This document shows positions 23,901 to 41,375 of a DNA stretch of 64,000 nucleotides, piece after piece. A program made the translations under genes and the position numbers. Positions within the stretch are counted from its first letter, which is position 1; each line of letters starts with the position of its first letter. The notes below the pieces were generated by a model that searched no databases, had not been told where the DNA came from, and was given only the letters and a program-made list of their open reading frames with translations. The stretch is from Eledone cirrhosa (lineage: Eukaryota), in NCBI GenBank assembly GCA_964016885.1, contig OZ024744.1, positions 80,414,001 to 80,478,000 on the forward strand. The letters run 5' to 3'.

Positions 23901-26900
23901 ACACATCTAGGACCACATACAACACATAATCAGGTAGCACACACATCTAGGAACACATACAACACATAAGCAGGTAATACACACATCTAGGACCACATAC
24001 AACACATAATCATGTAGCACACACATCTAGGAACACATACAACACATAAGCAGGTAATACACACATCTAGGACCACATACAACACATAATCAGGTAGCAC
24101 ACACATCTAGGAACACATACAACACATAAGCAGTTAATACACACATCTAGGACCACATGCAACTCATAAGGAGGTAGCACACACATGTAGGACCACATAC
24201 AACACATAATCAGTTAATACACACATCTAGGACCACATACAACACATAATCAGGTAGCACACACATCTAGGAACACATACAACACATAAGCAGGTAATAC
24301 ACACATCTAGGACCACATACAACACATGATCAGGTAATACACACACCTAGGACCACATACAACACATAATCAGGTAGCACACACATCTAGGAACACATAC
24401 AACACATAAGGAGGTAGCACACACATCTAGGAAGACATACAACACACAGGCAGGTAATACACACATCTAGGACCACATACAACACATAAGGAGGTAGCAC
24501 ACACATCTAGGACCACATACAACACATAAGCAGGTAATACACACATCTAGGACCACATACAACACATAATCAGGTAATACACACATCTAGGACCACATAC
24601 AACACATAATCAGGTAGCACACACATCTAGGAATACATACAACACATAAGCAGGTAATACACACATCTAGGACCACATACAACACATAATCAGGTAGCAC
24701 ACACATCTAGTAACACATACAACACATAAGGAGGTAGCACACACATCTAGGAACACATACAACACACAGGCAGGTAAGACACACACCTAGGACCACATAC
24801 AACACATAAGGAGGTAGCACACACATCTAGGAACACATACAACACACAGGCAGGTACTACACACATCTAGGACCACATACAACACATAAGGAGGTAGCAC
24901 ACACATCTAGGAACACATACAACACATAAGCAGGTAATACACACACCTAGGACCACATATAACTCATAATCAGGTAGCAAACACATCTAGGACCACATAC
25001 AACACATAAGGAGGTAGCACACACATCTAGGACCACATACTACACATAAGCAGGTAATACACACATCTAGGACCACATACAACTCATAATCAGGTAGCAC
25101 ACACATCTAGGACCACATACAACTCATAATCAGGTAATACACACATCTAGGACCACATACAACTCATAATCAGGTAGCACACACATCTAGGACCACATAC
25201 AACACATAAGCAGGTAATACACACATCTAGGACCACATACAACTCATAATCAGGTAGCACACACATCTAGGACCACATACAACACATAAGCAGGTAATAC
25301 ACACATCTAGGACAACATACAACTCATAATCAGGTAGCACACACATCTAGGACCACATACAACACATAAGCAGGTAATACACACATCTAGGACCACATAC
25401 AACTCATAATCAGGTAGCACACACATCTAGGAACACATACAACACATAAGCAGGTAATACACACACCTAATACCACATACAACTCATAATCAGGTAGCAC
25501 ACACATCTAGGACCACATACAACACATAAGGAGGTAGCACACACATCTAGGACCACATACTACACATAATCAGGTAATACACACATCTAGGACCACATAC
25601 AACTCATAATCAGGTAGCACACACATCTAGGACCACATACAACTCATAATCAGGTAATACACACATCTAAGACCCCATACAACTCATAATCAGGTAGCAC
25701 ACACATCTAGGACCACATACAACACATAAGCAGGTAATACACACATCTAGGACCACATACAACTCATAATCAGGTAGCACACACATCTAGGACCACATAC
25801 AACACATAAGCAGGTAATACACACATCTAGGACCACATACAACTCATAATCAGGTAGCACACACATCTAGGACCACATACAACACATAAGCAGGTAATAC
25901 ACACATCTAGGACCACATACAACTCATAATCAGGTAGCACACACATCTAGGACCACATACAACACATAAGCAGGTAATACACACATCTAGGACCACCTGC
26001 AACACATAAGGAGGTAGCACACACATCTAGGAACACATACAACACATAAGCAGGTAATACACACACCTAGGACCACATACAACACATAATCAGGTAGCAC
26101 ACACATCTAGGAACACATACAACACATAAGCAGGTAATACACACATCTAGGACCACATACAACACATAATCAGGTAGCACACACATCTAGGACCACATAC
26201 AACACATAAGCAGGTAATACACACATCTAGGACCACATACAACACATAATCAGGTAGCACACACATCTAGGAACACATACAACACATAATCAGGTAGCAC
26301 ACACATCTAGGAACACATACAACACACAGGCAGGTAATACACACACCTAGGACCACATACAACACATAAGGAGGTAGCACACACATCTAGGACCACATGC
26401 AACACACAGGCAGGTAATACACACATCTAGGACCACATACAACTCATAAGGAGGTAGCACACACATCTAGGACCACATACTACACATAAGCAGGTAATAC
26501 ACACATCTAGGACCACATACAACACATAATCAGGTAGCACACACATCTAGGAACACATACAACACATAAGCAGGTAATACACACATCTAGGACCACATAC
26601 AACACATAATCATGTAGCACACACATCTAGGAACACATACAACACATAAGCAGGTAATACACACATCTAGGACCACATACAACACATAATCAGGTAGCAC
26701 ACACATCTAGGAACACATACAACACATAAGCAGTTAATACACACATCTAGGACCACATGCAACTCATAAGGAGGTAGCACACACATCTAGGACCACATAC
26801 AACACATAATCAGTTAATACACACATCTAGGACCACATACAACACATAATCAGGTAGCACACACATCTAGGAACACATACAACACATAAGCAGCTAATAC

Positions 26901-29900
26901 ACACATCTAGGACCACATGCAACTCATAAGGAGGTAGCACACACATCTAGGAACACATACAACACATAAGCAGGTAATACACACATCTAGGACCACATAC
27001 AACACATGATCAGGTAATACACACACCTAGGACCACATACAACACATAATCAGGTAGCACACACATCTAGGAACACATACAACACATAAGGAGGTAGCAC
27101 ACACATCTAGGAACACATACAACACACAGGCAGGTAATACACACACCTAGGACCACATACAACACATAAGGAGGTAGCACACACATCTAGGAACACATAC
27201 AACACACAGGCAGGTAATACACACATCTTGGACCACATACAACACATAAGGAGGTAGCACACACATCTAGGAACACATACAACACATAAGCAGGTAATAC
27301 ACACACCTAGGACCACATACAACTCATAATCAGGTAGCACACACATCTAGGACCACATACAACACATAAGGAGGTAGCACACACATCTAGGACCACATAC
27401 TACACATAAGCAGGTAATACACACATCTAGGACCACATACAACTCATAATCAGGTAGCACACACATCTAGGACCACATACAACTCATAATCAGGTAATAC
27501 ACACATCTAGGACCACATACAACTCATAATCAGGTAGCACACACATCTAGGACCACATACAACACATAAGCAGGTAATACACACATCTAGGACCACATAC
27601 AACTCATAATCAGGTAGCACAGACATCTAGGACCACATACAACACATAAGCAGGTAATACACACATCTAGGACCACCTGCAAAACATAAGGAGGTAGCAC
27701 ACACATCTAGGAACACATACAACACATAAGCAGGTAATACACACACCTAGGACCACATACAACACATAATCAGGTAGCACACACATCTAGGAACACATAC
27801 AACACATAAGCAGGTAATACACACATCTAGGACCACATACAACACATAAGGAGGTAGCACACACATCTAGGAACACATACAACACATAAGCAGGTAATAC
27901 ACACATCTAGGACCACATACAACACATAATCAGGTAGCACACACATCTAGGAACACATACAACACAGAAGCAGGTAATACACACATCTAGGACCACATAC
28001 AACACATAATCAGGTAGCACACACATCTAGGAACACATACAACACATAAGGAGGTAGCACACACATCTAGGAACACATACAACACACAGGCAGGTAATAC
28101 ACACACCTAGGACCACATACAACACATAAGGAGGTAGCACACACATCTAGGAACACATACAACACACAGGCAGGTAATACACACATCTAGGACCACATAC
28201 AACACATAAGGAGGTAGCACACACATCTAGGAACACATACAACACATAAGCAGGTAATACACACACCTAGGACCACATACAACTCATAATCAGGTAGCAC
28301 ACACATCTAGGACCACATACAACACATAAGGAGGTAGCACACACATCTAGGACCACATACTACACATAAGCAGGTAATACACACATCTAGGACCACATAC
28401 AACACATAATCAGGTAGCACACACATCTAGGAACACATACAACACATAAGCAGGTAATACACACATCTAGGACCACATACAACACATAATCATGTAGCAC
28501 ACACATCTAGGAACACATACAACACATAAGCAGGTAATACACACATCTAGGACCACATACAACACATAATCAGGTAGCACACACATCTAGGAACACATAC
28601 AACACATAAGCAGTTAATACACACATCTAGGACCACATGCAACTCATAAGGAGGTAGCACACACATCTAGGACCACATACAACACATAATCAGTTAATAC
28701 ACACATCTAGGACCACATACAACACATAATCAGGTAGCACACACATCTAGGAACACATACAACACATAAGCAGGTAATACACACATCTAGGACCACATGC
28801 AACTCATAAGGAGGTAGCACACACATCTAGGAACACATACAACACATAAGCAGGTAATACACACATCTAGGACCACATACAACACATGATCAGGTAATAC
28901 ACACACCTAGGACCACATACAACACATAATCAGGTAGCACACACATCTAGGAACACATACAACACATAAGCAGGTAATACACACATCTAGGACCACATAC
29001 AACACATAATCAGGTAGCACACACATCTAGGAACACATACAACACATAAGGAGGTAGCACACATATATAGGAACACATACAACACACAGGCAGGTAATAC
29101 ACACACCTAGGACCACATACAACACATAAGGAGGTAGCACACACATCTAGGAACACATACAACACGCAGGCAGGTAATACACACATCTAGGACCACATAC
29201 AACGCATAAGGAGGTAGCACACACATCTAGGAACACATACAACACATAAACAGGTAATACACACACCTAGGACCACATACAACTCATAATCAGGTAGCAC
29301 ACACATCTAGGACCACATACAACACATAAGGAGGTAGCACACATATCTAGGACCACATACTACACATAAGCAGGTAATACACACATCTAGGACCACATAC
29401 AACTCATAATCAGGTAGCACACACATCTAGGACCACATACAACACATAAGCAGGTAATACACACATCTAGGACCACATACAACTCATAATCAGGTAGCAC
29501 ACACATCTAGGACCACATACAACACATAAGCAGGTAATACACACATCTAGGACCACATACAACTCATAATCAGGTAGCACACACATCTAGGACCACATAC
29601 AACACATAAGCAGGTAATACACACATCTAGGACCACATACAACTCATAATCAGGTAGCACACACATCTAGGAACACAGACAACACATAAGCAGGTAATAC
29701 ACACACCTAGGACCACATACAACTCATAATCAGGTAGCACACACATCTAGGACCACATACAACACATAAGGAGGTAGCACACATATCTAGGACCACATAT
29801 ACACATAATCAGGTAATACACACATCTAGGACCACATACAACTCATAATCAGGTAGCACACACATCTAGGACCACATACAACTCATAATCAGGTAATACA

Positions 29901-32900
29901 CACATCTAGGACCCCATACAATTCATAATCAGGTAGCACACACATCTAGGACCACATACAACACATAAGCAGGTAATACACACATCTAGGACCACATACA
30001 ACTCATAATCAGGTAGCACACATATCTAGGACCACATACAACACATAAGCAGGTAATACACACATCTAGGACCACCTGCAACACATAAGGAGGTAGCACA
30101 CACATCTAGGAACACATACAACACATAAGCAGGTAATACACACACCTAGGACCACATACAACACATAATCAGGTAGCACACACATCTAGCAACACATCCA
30201 ACACATAAGCAGGTAATACACACATCTAGGACCACATACAACACATAATCAGGTAGCACACACATCTAGGACCACATACAATACATAAGCAGGTAATACA
30301 CACATCTAGGACCACATACAACACATAATCAGGTAGCACACACATCTAGGAACACATACAACACATAATCAGGTAGCACACACATCTAGGAACACATACA
30401 ACACACAGGCAGGTAATACACACACCTAGGACCACATACAACACATAAGGAGGTAGCACACACATCTAGGACCACATGCAACACACAGGCAGGTAATACA
30501 CACATCTAGGACCACATACAACTCATAAGGAGGTAGCACACACATCTAGGACCACATACTACACATAAGCAGGTAATACACACATCTAGGACCACATACA
30601 ACACATAATCAGGTAGCACACACATCTAGGAACACATACAACACATAAGCAGGTAATACACACATCTAGGACCACATACAACACATAATCAGGTAGCACA
30701 CACATCTAGGAACACATACAACACATAAGCAGGTAATACACACATCTAGGACCACATACAACACATAATCAGGTAGCACACACATCTAGGAACACATACA
30801 ACACATAAGCAGTTAATACACACATCTAGGACCACATGCAACTCATAAGGAGGTAGCACACACATCTAGGAACACATACAACACATAAGCAGGTAATACA
30901 CACATCTAGGACCACATACAACACATAATCAGGTAATACACACATCTAGGACCACATACAACACATAATCAGGTAGCACACACATCTAGGAACACATACA
31001 ACACATAAGCAGGTAATACACACATCTAGGACCACATGCAACTCATAAGGAGGTAGCACACACATCTAGGAACACATACAACACATAAGCAGGTAATACA
31101 CACATCTAGGACCACATACAACACATGATCAGGTAATACACACACCTAGGACCACATACAACACATAATCAGGTAGCACACACATCTAGGAACACATACA
31201 ACACATAAGGAGGTAGCACACACATCTAGGAACACATACAACACACAGGCAGGTAATACACACATCTAGGACCACATACAACACATAAGGAGGTAGCACA
31301 CACATCTAGGAACACATACAACACATAAGCAGGTAATACACACACCTAGGACAACATACAATTCATAATCAGGTAGCACACACATCTAGGACCACATACA
31401 ACACATAAGGAGGTAGCACACACATCTAGGACCACATACTACACATAAGCAGGTAATACACACATCTAGGACCACATACAACTCATAATCAGGTAGCACA
31501 CACATCTAGGACCACATACAACTCATAATCAGGTAATACACACATCTAGGACCACATACAACTCATAATCAGGTAGCACACACATCTAGGACCACATACA
31601 ACACATAAGCAGGTAATACACACATCTAGGACCACATACAACTCATAATCAGGTAGCACACACATCTAGGACCACATACAACACATAAGAAGGTAATACA
31701 CACATCTAGGACCACATACAACTCATAATCAGGTAGCACACACATCTAGGACCACATACAACACATAAGCAGGTAATACACACATCTAGGACCACATACA
31801 ACTCATAATCAGGTAGCACACACATCTAGGACCACATACAACACATAAGCAGGTAATACACACATCTAGGACCACCTGCAACACATAAGGAGGTAGCACA
31901 CACATCTAGGAACACATACAACACATAAGCAGGTAATACACACACCTAGGACCACATACAACACATAATCAGGTAGCACACACATCTAGGAACACATGCA
32001 ACACATAAGCAGGTAATACACACATCTAGGACCACATACAACACATAATCAGGTAGCACACACATCTAGGAACACATACAACACATAATCAGGTAGCACA
32101 CACATCTAGGAACACATACAACACACAGGCAGGTAATACACACACCTAGAACCACATACAACACATAAGGAGGTAGCACACACATCTAGGACCACATACA
32201 ACACACAGGCAGGTAATACACACATCTAGGACCACATACAACTCATAAGGAGGTAGCACACACATCTAGGACCACATACTACACATAAGCAGGTAATACA
32301 CACATCTAGGACCACATACAACACATAAGCAGGTAATACACACATCTAGGACCACATACAACACATAATCAGGTAGCACACACATCTAGGAACACATACA
32401 ACACATAAGCAGGTAATACACACATCTAGGACCACATACAACACATAATCAGGTAGCACACACATCTAGGAACACATACAACACATAAGCAGGTAATACA
32501 CACATCTAGGACCACATACAACACATAATCAGGTAGCACACACATCTAGGAACACATACAACACATAAGCAGGTAATACACACATCTAGGACCACATATA
32601 ACACATGATCAGGTAATACACACACCTAGGACCACATACAACACATAATCAGGTAGCACACACATCTAGGAACACATACAACACACAGGCAGGTAATACA
32701 CACATCTAGGACCACATACAACTCATAAGGAGGTAGCACACACATCTAGGAACACATACAACACATAAGCAGGTAATACACACATCTAGGACCACCTGCA
32801 ACTCATAAGGAGGTAGCACACACATCTAGGAACACATACAAGACATAATCAGGTAATACACACATCTAGGACCACATGCAGCTCATAAGGAGGTAGCACA

Positions 32901-35900
32901 CACATCTAGGAACACATACAACACATAAGCAGGTAATACACACATCTAGGACCACATACAACACATAATCAGGTAATACACACATCTAGGACCACATACA
33001 ACACATAATCAGGTAGCACACACATCTAGGAACACATACAACACACAGGCAGGTAATACACACACCTAGGACCACATACAACACATAATCAGGTAGCACA
33101 CACATCTAGGAACACATACAACACACAGGCAGGTAATACACACATCTAGGACCACATACAACACATAAGGAGGTAGCACACACATCTAGGAACACATACA
33201 ACACATAAGCAGGTAATACACACATCTAGGACCACATACAACACATAAGGAGGTAGCACACACATCTAGGAACAAATACAACACATAAGGAGGTAGCACA
33301 CACATCTAGGAACACATACAACACACAGGCAGGTAATACACACACCTAGGACCACATACAACACATAAGGAGGTAGCACACACATCTAGGAACACATACA
33401 ACACACAGGCAGGTAATACACACATCTAGGACCACATACAACACATAAGGAGGTAGCACACACATCTAGGAACACATACAACACACAGGCAGGTAATACA
33501 CACATCTAGGACCACATACAACACATAAGGAGGTAGCACACACATCTAGGACCACATACTACACATAAGCAGGTAATACACACATCTAGGACCACATACA
33601 ACTCATAATCAGGTAGCACACACATCTAGGACCACATACAACTCATAATCAGGTAATACACACATCTAGGACCACATACAACTCATAATCAGGTAGCACA
33701 CACATCTAGGACCACATACAACACATGATCAGGTAATACACACACCTAGGACCACATACAACACATAATCAGGTAGCACACACATCTAGGAACACATACA
33801 ACACACAGGCAGGTAATACACACATCTAGGACCACATACAACACATAAGGAGGTAGCACACACATCTAGGAACACATACAACACATAAGCAGGTAATACA
33901 CAGATCTAGGAACACATACAAATCATAATCAGGTAGCACACACATCTAGGACCACATACAACACATAAGCAGGTAATACACACATCTAGGACCACATACA
34001 ACTCATAATCAGGTAGCACACACATCTAGGACCACATACAACACATAAGCAGGTAATACACACATCTAGGACCACATACAACTCATAATCAGGTAGCACA
34101 CACATCTAGGACCACATACTACACATAAGCAGGTAATACACACATCTAGGACCACATACAACTCATAATCAGGTAGCACACACATCTAGGACCACATACA
34201 ACTCATAATCAGGTAATACACACATCTAGGACCACATACAACTCATAATCAGGTAGCACACACATCTAGGACCACATACAACACATAAGCAGGTAATACA
34301 CACATCTAGGACCACATGCAACACATAAGCAGGTAATACACACATCTAGGACCACATACAATACATAAGCAGGTAATACACACATCTAGGACCACATACA
34401 ACTCATAATCAGGTAACACACACATCTAGGACCACATACAACACATAAGCAGGTAATACACACATCTAGGACCACATACAACTCATAATCAGGTAGCACA
34501 CACACCTAGGACCACATACAACACATAAGCAGGTAATACACACATCTAGGAACACATACAACACACAGGCAGGTAATACACACACCTAGGACCACATACA
34601 ACACATAAGGAGGTAGCACACACATCTAGGAACACATACAACACACAGGCAGGTAATACACACATCTAGGACCACATACAACACATAAGGAGGTAGCACA
34701 CACATCTAGGAACACATACAACACATAAGCAGGTAATACACACACCTAGGACCACATACAACTCATAATCAGGTAGCACACACATCTAGGACCACATACA
34801 ACACATAAGGAGGTAGCACACACATCTAGGACCACATACTACACATAAGCAGGTAATACACACATCTAGGACCACATACAACTCATAATCAGGTAGCACA
34901 CACATCTAGGACCACATACAACACAGAAGCAGGTAATACACACATCTAGGACCACATACAACTCATAATCAGGTAGCACACACATCTAGGACCACATACA
35001 ACACATAAGCAGGTAATACACACATCTAGGACCACATACAACTCATAATCAGGTAGCACACACATCTAGGACCACATACAACACATAAGCAGGTAATACA
35101 CACATCTAGGACCACCTGCAACACATAAGGAGGTAGCACACACATCTAGGAACACATACAACACATAAGCAGGTAATACACACACCTAGGACCACATACA
35201 ACACATAATCAGGTAGCACACACATCTAGGAACACATACAACACATAAGCAGGTAATACACACATCTAGGACCACATACAACACATAATCAGGTAGCACA
35301 CACATCTAGGACCACATACAACACATAAGCAGGTAATACACACATCTAGGACCACATACAACACATAATCAGGTAGCACACACATCTAGGAACACATACA
35401 ACACATAATCAGGTAGCACACACATCTAGGAACACATACAACACACAGGCAGGTAATACACACACCTAGAACCACATACAACACATAAGGAGGTAGCACA
35501 CACATCTAGGACCACATACAACACACAGGCAGGTAATACACACATCTAGGACCACATACAACTCATAAGGAGGTAGCACACACATCTAGGACCACATACT
35601 ACACATAAGCAGGTAATACACACATCTAGGACCACATACAACACATAATCAGGTAGCACACACATCTAGGAACACATACTACACATAAGCAGTTAATACA
35701 CACATCTAGGACCACATGCAACTCATAAGGAGGTAGCACACACATCTAGGAACACATACAACACATAAGCAGGTAATACACACATCTAGGACCACATACA
35801 ACACATAATCAGGTAATACACACATCTAGGACCACATACAACACATAATCAGGTAGCACACACATCTAGGAACACATACAACACATAAGCAGGTAATACA

Positions 35901-38883
35901 CACATCTAGGACCACATGCAACTCATAAGGAGGTAGCACACACATCTAGGAACACATACAACACATAAGCAGGTAATACACACATCTAGGACCACATACA
36001 ACACATGATCAGGTGATACACACACCTAGGACCACATACAACACATAATCAGGTAGCACACACATCTAGGAACACATACAACACACAGGCAGGTAATACA
36101 CACATCTAGGACCACATACAACTCATAAGGAGGTAGCACACACATCTAGGAACACATACAACACATAAGCAGGTAATACACACATCTAGGACCACCTGCA
36201 ACTCATAAGGAGGTAGCACACACATCTAGGAACACATACAAGACATAAGCAGGTAATACACACATCTAGGACCACATGCAACTCATAAGGAGGTAGCACA
36301 CACATCTAGGAACACATACAACACATAAGCAGGTAATACACACATCTAGGACCACATACAACACATAATCAGGTAATACACACATCTAGGACCACATACA
36401 ACACATAATCAGGTAGCACACACATCTAGGAACACATACAACACACAGGCAGGTAATACACACACCTAGGACCACATACAACACATAATCAGGTAGCACA
36501 CACATCTAGGAACACATACAACACACAGGCAGATAATACACACATCTAAGACCACATACAACTCATAAGGAGGTAGCACACACATCTAGGAACACATACA
36601 ACACATAAGCAGGTAATACACACATCTAGGACCACATACAACACATAAGGAGGTAGCACACACATCTAGGAACACATACAACACATAAGCAGGTAATACA
36701 CACATCTAGGACCACATACAACACATAATCAGGTAGCACACACATCTAGGAACACATACAACACATAAGCAGGTAATACACACATCTAGGACCACATACA
36801 ACACATAATCAGGTAGCACACACATCTAGGAACACATACAACACATAAGGAGGTAGCACACACATCTAGCAACACATACAACACACAGGCAGGTAATACA
36901 CACACCTAGGACCACATACAACACATAAGGAGGTAGCACACACATCTAGGAACACATACAACACACAGGCAGGTAATACACACATCTAGGACCACATACA
37001 ACACATAAGGAGGTAGCACACACATCTAGGAACACATACAACACATAAGCAGGTAATACACACACCTAGGACCACATACAACTCATAATCAGGTAGCACA
37101 CACACATCTAGGACCACATACAACACATAAGGAGGTAGCACACACATCTAGGACCACATACTACACATAAGCAGGTAATACACACATCTAGGACCACATA
37201 CAACTCATAATCAGGTAGCACACACATCTAGGACCACATACAACTCATAATCAGGTACTACACACATCTAGGACCACATACAACACATAATCAGGTAGCA
37301 CACACATCTATGACCACATACAACACATAAGCAGGTAATACACACATCTAGGACCACATACAACACATAAGCAGGTAATACACACATCTAGGACCACATA
37401 CAACTCATAATCAGGTAGCACACACATCTAGGACCACATACTACACATAAGCAGGTAATACACACATCTAGGACCACATACAACTCATAATCAGGTAGCA
37501 CACACATCTAGGACCACATACAACTCATAATCAGGTAATACACACATCTAGGACCACATACAACTCATAATCAGGTAGCACACACATCTAGGACCACATA
37601 CAACACATAAGCAGGTAATACACACATCTAGGACCACATACAGCACATAATCAGGTAGCACACACATCTAGGACCACATACAACAAATAAGCAGGTAATA
37701 CACACATCTAGGACCACATACAACACATAAGCAGGTAATACACACATCTAGGACCACATGCAACACATAAGCAGGTAATACACACATCTAGGACCACATA
37801 CAACACATAAGCAGGTAATACACACATCTAGGACCACATACAACTCATAATCAGGTAGCACACACATCTAGGACCACATACAACACATAAGCAGGTAATA
37901 CACACATCTAGGACCACATACAACTCATAATCAGGTAGCACACACATCTAGGACCACATACAACACATAAGCAGGTAATACACACATCTAGGACCACATA
38001 CAACTCATAATCAGGTAGCACACACATCTAGGACCACATACAACTCATAATCAGGTAGCACACACATCTAGGACCACATACAACACATAATCAGGTAGCA
38101 CACACATCTAGGACCACATACAACACATAAGCAGGTAATACACACATCTAGGACCACATACAACACATAATCAGGTAGCACACACATCTAGGACCACATA
38201 CAACACATAAGCAGGTAATACACACATCTAGGACCACATACAACTCATAATCAGGTAGCACACACATCTAGGACCACATACAACACATAAGCAGGTAATA
38301 CACACATCTAGGACCACATACAACTCATAATCAGGTAGCACACACATCTAGGACCACATACAACACATAAGCTGGTAATACACACATCTAGGACCACATA
38401 CAACTCATAATCAGGTAGCACACACATCTAGGACCACATACAACTCATAATCAGGTAATACACACATCTAGGACCACATACAACTCATAATCAGGTAGCA
38501 CACACATCTAGGACCACATACAACACATAAGCAGGTAATACACACATCTAGGACCACATACAACTCATAATCAGGTAGCACACACATCTAGGACCACATA
38601 CAACACATAAGCAGGTAATACACACATCTAGGACCACATACAACTCATAATCAGGTAGCACACACATCTAGGACCACATACAACACATAAGCAGGTAATA
38701 CACACATCTAGGACCACATACAACACATAATCAGGTAGCACACACATCTAGGACCACATACAACACATAAGCAGGTAATACACACATCTAGGACCACATA
38801 CAACTCATAATCAGGTAGCACACACATCTAGGACCACATACAACACATAAGCAGGTAATACACACATCTAGGACCACATACAA
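17964..38883. repeat. ~21-kb satellite array, 40-bp monomer (~520 copies)
   Basis: Consensus cacatctagg-a(c/a)cacataca-ac(a/t)cataa(gc/tc/gg)-aggta(at/gc)aca. Only three register shifts are seen (+1 near 22066, -1 near 29800, +2 near 37100). Confidence 0.98.
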
Positions 38884-40926
38884 TTAATGTCGTTCATCCC
38901 ACTGAATATAAAAACAAAACACAAAAGTTACCATGACAACGACTCCCTTCTGTAGTAGTAGCAGTACCATCTCAAAATAACATCACCACAACAACAACAA
39001 CACCGACAGCCTCAATGTAAACACTGATGACGCCGGCAACAACAACAACAAACAAAACATCAACAACAACAACAAGAGCAAGAAAGACAACACCAACAAC
39101 AAGAGCAATGGAGGCGCCACCTTTGCAGCGGCAGCAGCGAAAAGAAAGCGCTTTTTCAATGTAGATATTAGCGATAAGGAACAGCAGTTGGCCCAGGCGT
39201 GGAGGTTAATTAAACGAGAGAAGGGCTGGGCAAACCTGACCATCCCGGACGGGGAAATAGCGGCCATGCAAAGGAGGATGGTGTACTTTCCTGCAGGACG
39301 GGACAACAATCCAACTGGTCACTGAGGTAAGAAGGCCGCACTGCTTCGTCTGCGGGGAAGCAACGCATCTGCAAGCCTTCTGCTCTCAGCTCAAAAATGC
39401 AGGGGGTCGCAAACGTCCTTTGTTGCCAGTGTCAGCACGGAAAGCTGCACCACCACCACCACCACAAAAAACAACACCAACAAAGACACGGGTATCCCCA
39501 CCAACACCAAAAACAGCCGGACCACCACCAACACAGAAACCAATCCAAGTGGAAAACGAGGAAAGCTCTCCCACTCCCCCTACCCCTCCAATGATACACA
39601 TACACAAAACAATAAACGCACGCACAGACCGTTTGACTTCCAGCAGTGAAGATGAAGGAAAACCTAAAAGTGTCAAAAAACAAAAGAAAAAAAGCCCAAA
39701 CAAAACACAACAAAAAATACAGACACCACCAACGCAAACACTTCCTCAATAACATCAGCACCAACATCAACATCAGCACCAACATCAACATCAGCACCAA
39801 CATCAACATCAACACCAACATCAACATCAACACCACCTCCACAATCCCCGAAACAAACACAAGAACAAATAAACACACAGACACCTGAAATTGCAGACAC
39901 CACACCTACAACAAACACAGACATACCCGAAACAACACCACCAAAACAATCACCACCATAGTCAGCAAAACGAAAACAAATAAAACCACACCAACAAAAT
40001 ATTAAAAACTTCGTGCTTGTCAGAAGGGCCAACGATAAACTGATGGCCCTCTTAGCACGAAGCGAGGACATTCAAACAGAGGAGGATATCTTTGAAATGA
40101 CCACATTTTGAGTGCCAGAAGATTTGCTTCTGGTCCGAATGTCGCTCGATTCCTTCAAAGAAATTCGGCAGAGCTTTCCTCAAGACGTAGGAACCCCGAA
40201 TGTGAAACCCACATCGAGACTTTTAAAGGGGTTCCCATAAAAACCCCCACCAACCATGGAGGTCGAACCACCCGACCTTCACAAGACCCCGGGGGTAAGT
40301 AAGCCTTCCCTCTCTCTTTTAGTTTGCCAACATGGCCATATTAAGAGTAGGAAGTTTAAATCTTCGCGGTCTGGGGTCACCCTGGAAGCAGGGTCGCCTG
40401 CTCAACGACCTCAGGTCTCTGGAAATGGATGTCATTGCCGTCAGCGAGACCTGGATTTCGGACACGCGCGCACTAGCCCCCATTTTCGACGACTATCAGA
40501 TCTTCGCATCTGTTTGCAGGCCAGGAATGGGAGGTGGGGTGGCAGTGCTGTTTAGGAAAGGCCTGGATCTCGAGGTAAGGTCGATCTTCCGGGACCCGGG
40601 CGGTAAGTTGGTGGTCCTGGATGTGAGCAGTAGCGAAGGTGGTGCCTTTAGACTGCTGGCCGTCTATGCCCCTACTGGGGCCGGACGACCGGACTTCTTT
40701 AGGCGCCTGGAAAACTTTCTGGGTACGTCTCGCCCTTTACTGTTAGCGGGGGACTGGAACGGCATCTTAGACGCACGCCGGGATTGTGTGGGAGTAGCTG
40801 ATAGGAGCGGGGGGTGCAAAAGCCTCAAGCACCTAATCAGCCAGCTCCAACTGTCTGACAGGTATCGACTAGATTTCCCCAATGCGCCAGTGTGGACGTG
40901 AACCAACCGCATAGGGTCATCTAGAT
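38884..40926 (+). mobile_element. Tx1/L1-like LINE remnant: deleted ORF1 plus APE endonuclease, truncated by a hAT insertion
   Basis: N-rich ORF1 segment, zinc knuckle CFVCGEATHLQAFC (~39341), and ORF 40332-40901 with SLNLRGL, AVSETW, AVYAP and LAGDWN. Confidence 0.85.
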
Positions 40927-41375
40927 CAAAGGTTCTCAACGAGGCATATGCACCCCCGGGGGTGTTTTGGAACTCCAGGGGGCGTTTTGGGGCAAGGGGG
41001 CGTCAGGGGGCACTGGAAGACTCTTTACTTTGGTAAGTTTTATAAGCCAGATTTGTATGTCTCTGAGACAGCCAGTGTGAATGCATTTGAATGAGCTTGC
41101 AGATAGCATAACTATGGTATGACCGCAGCTGTAAGCAGGTGTGCAGGCGTATCTAGACATAAACCGGCAATTGAGATCCTAATAATGGAAAAACCCACAA
41201 TAAACTGGGTCAAGGACACTGAGTGCAGCCAGTTAGAATCTTGTTTTTCCTTCACCGATAACAATGTATTTCATGTCTGAAATGTTTGACTCAACCGTAA
41301 CGAGTTAACACTATGTAGATCTATTTTATTTCCTATTGTATAAATAATATTACAAATATAAAAAAGAAAAGAAAA

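Noticed and set aside
17964-38883. CRISPR-like array or coded repeat protein
   Set aside because: There are no unique spacers and no cas genes, and the context is eukaryotic. CTAG in each 40-bp unit puts a stop in every frame about every 120 bp on both strands. The short ORFs at 22107 and 27107 arise from single CTAG mutations.
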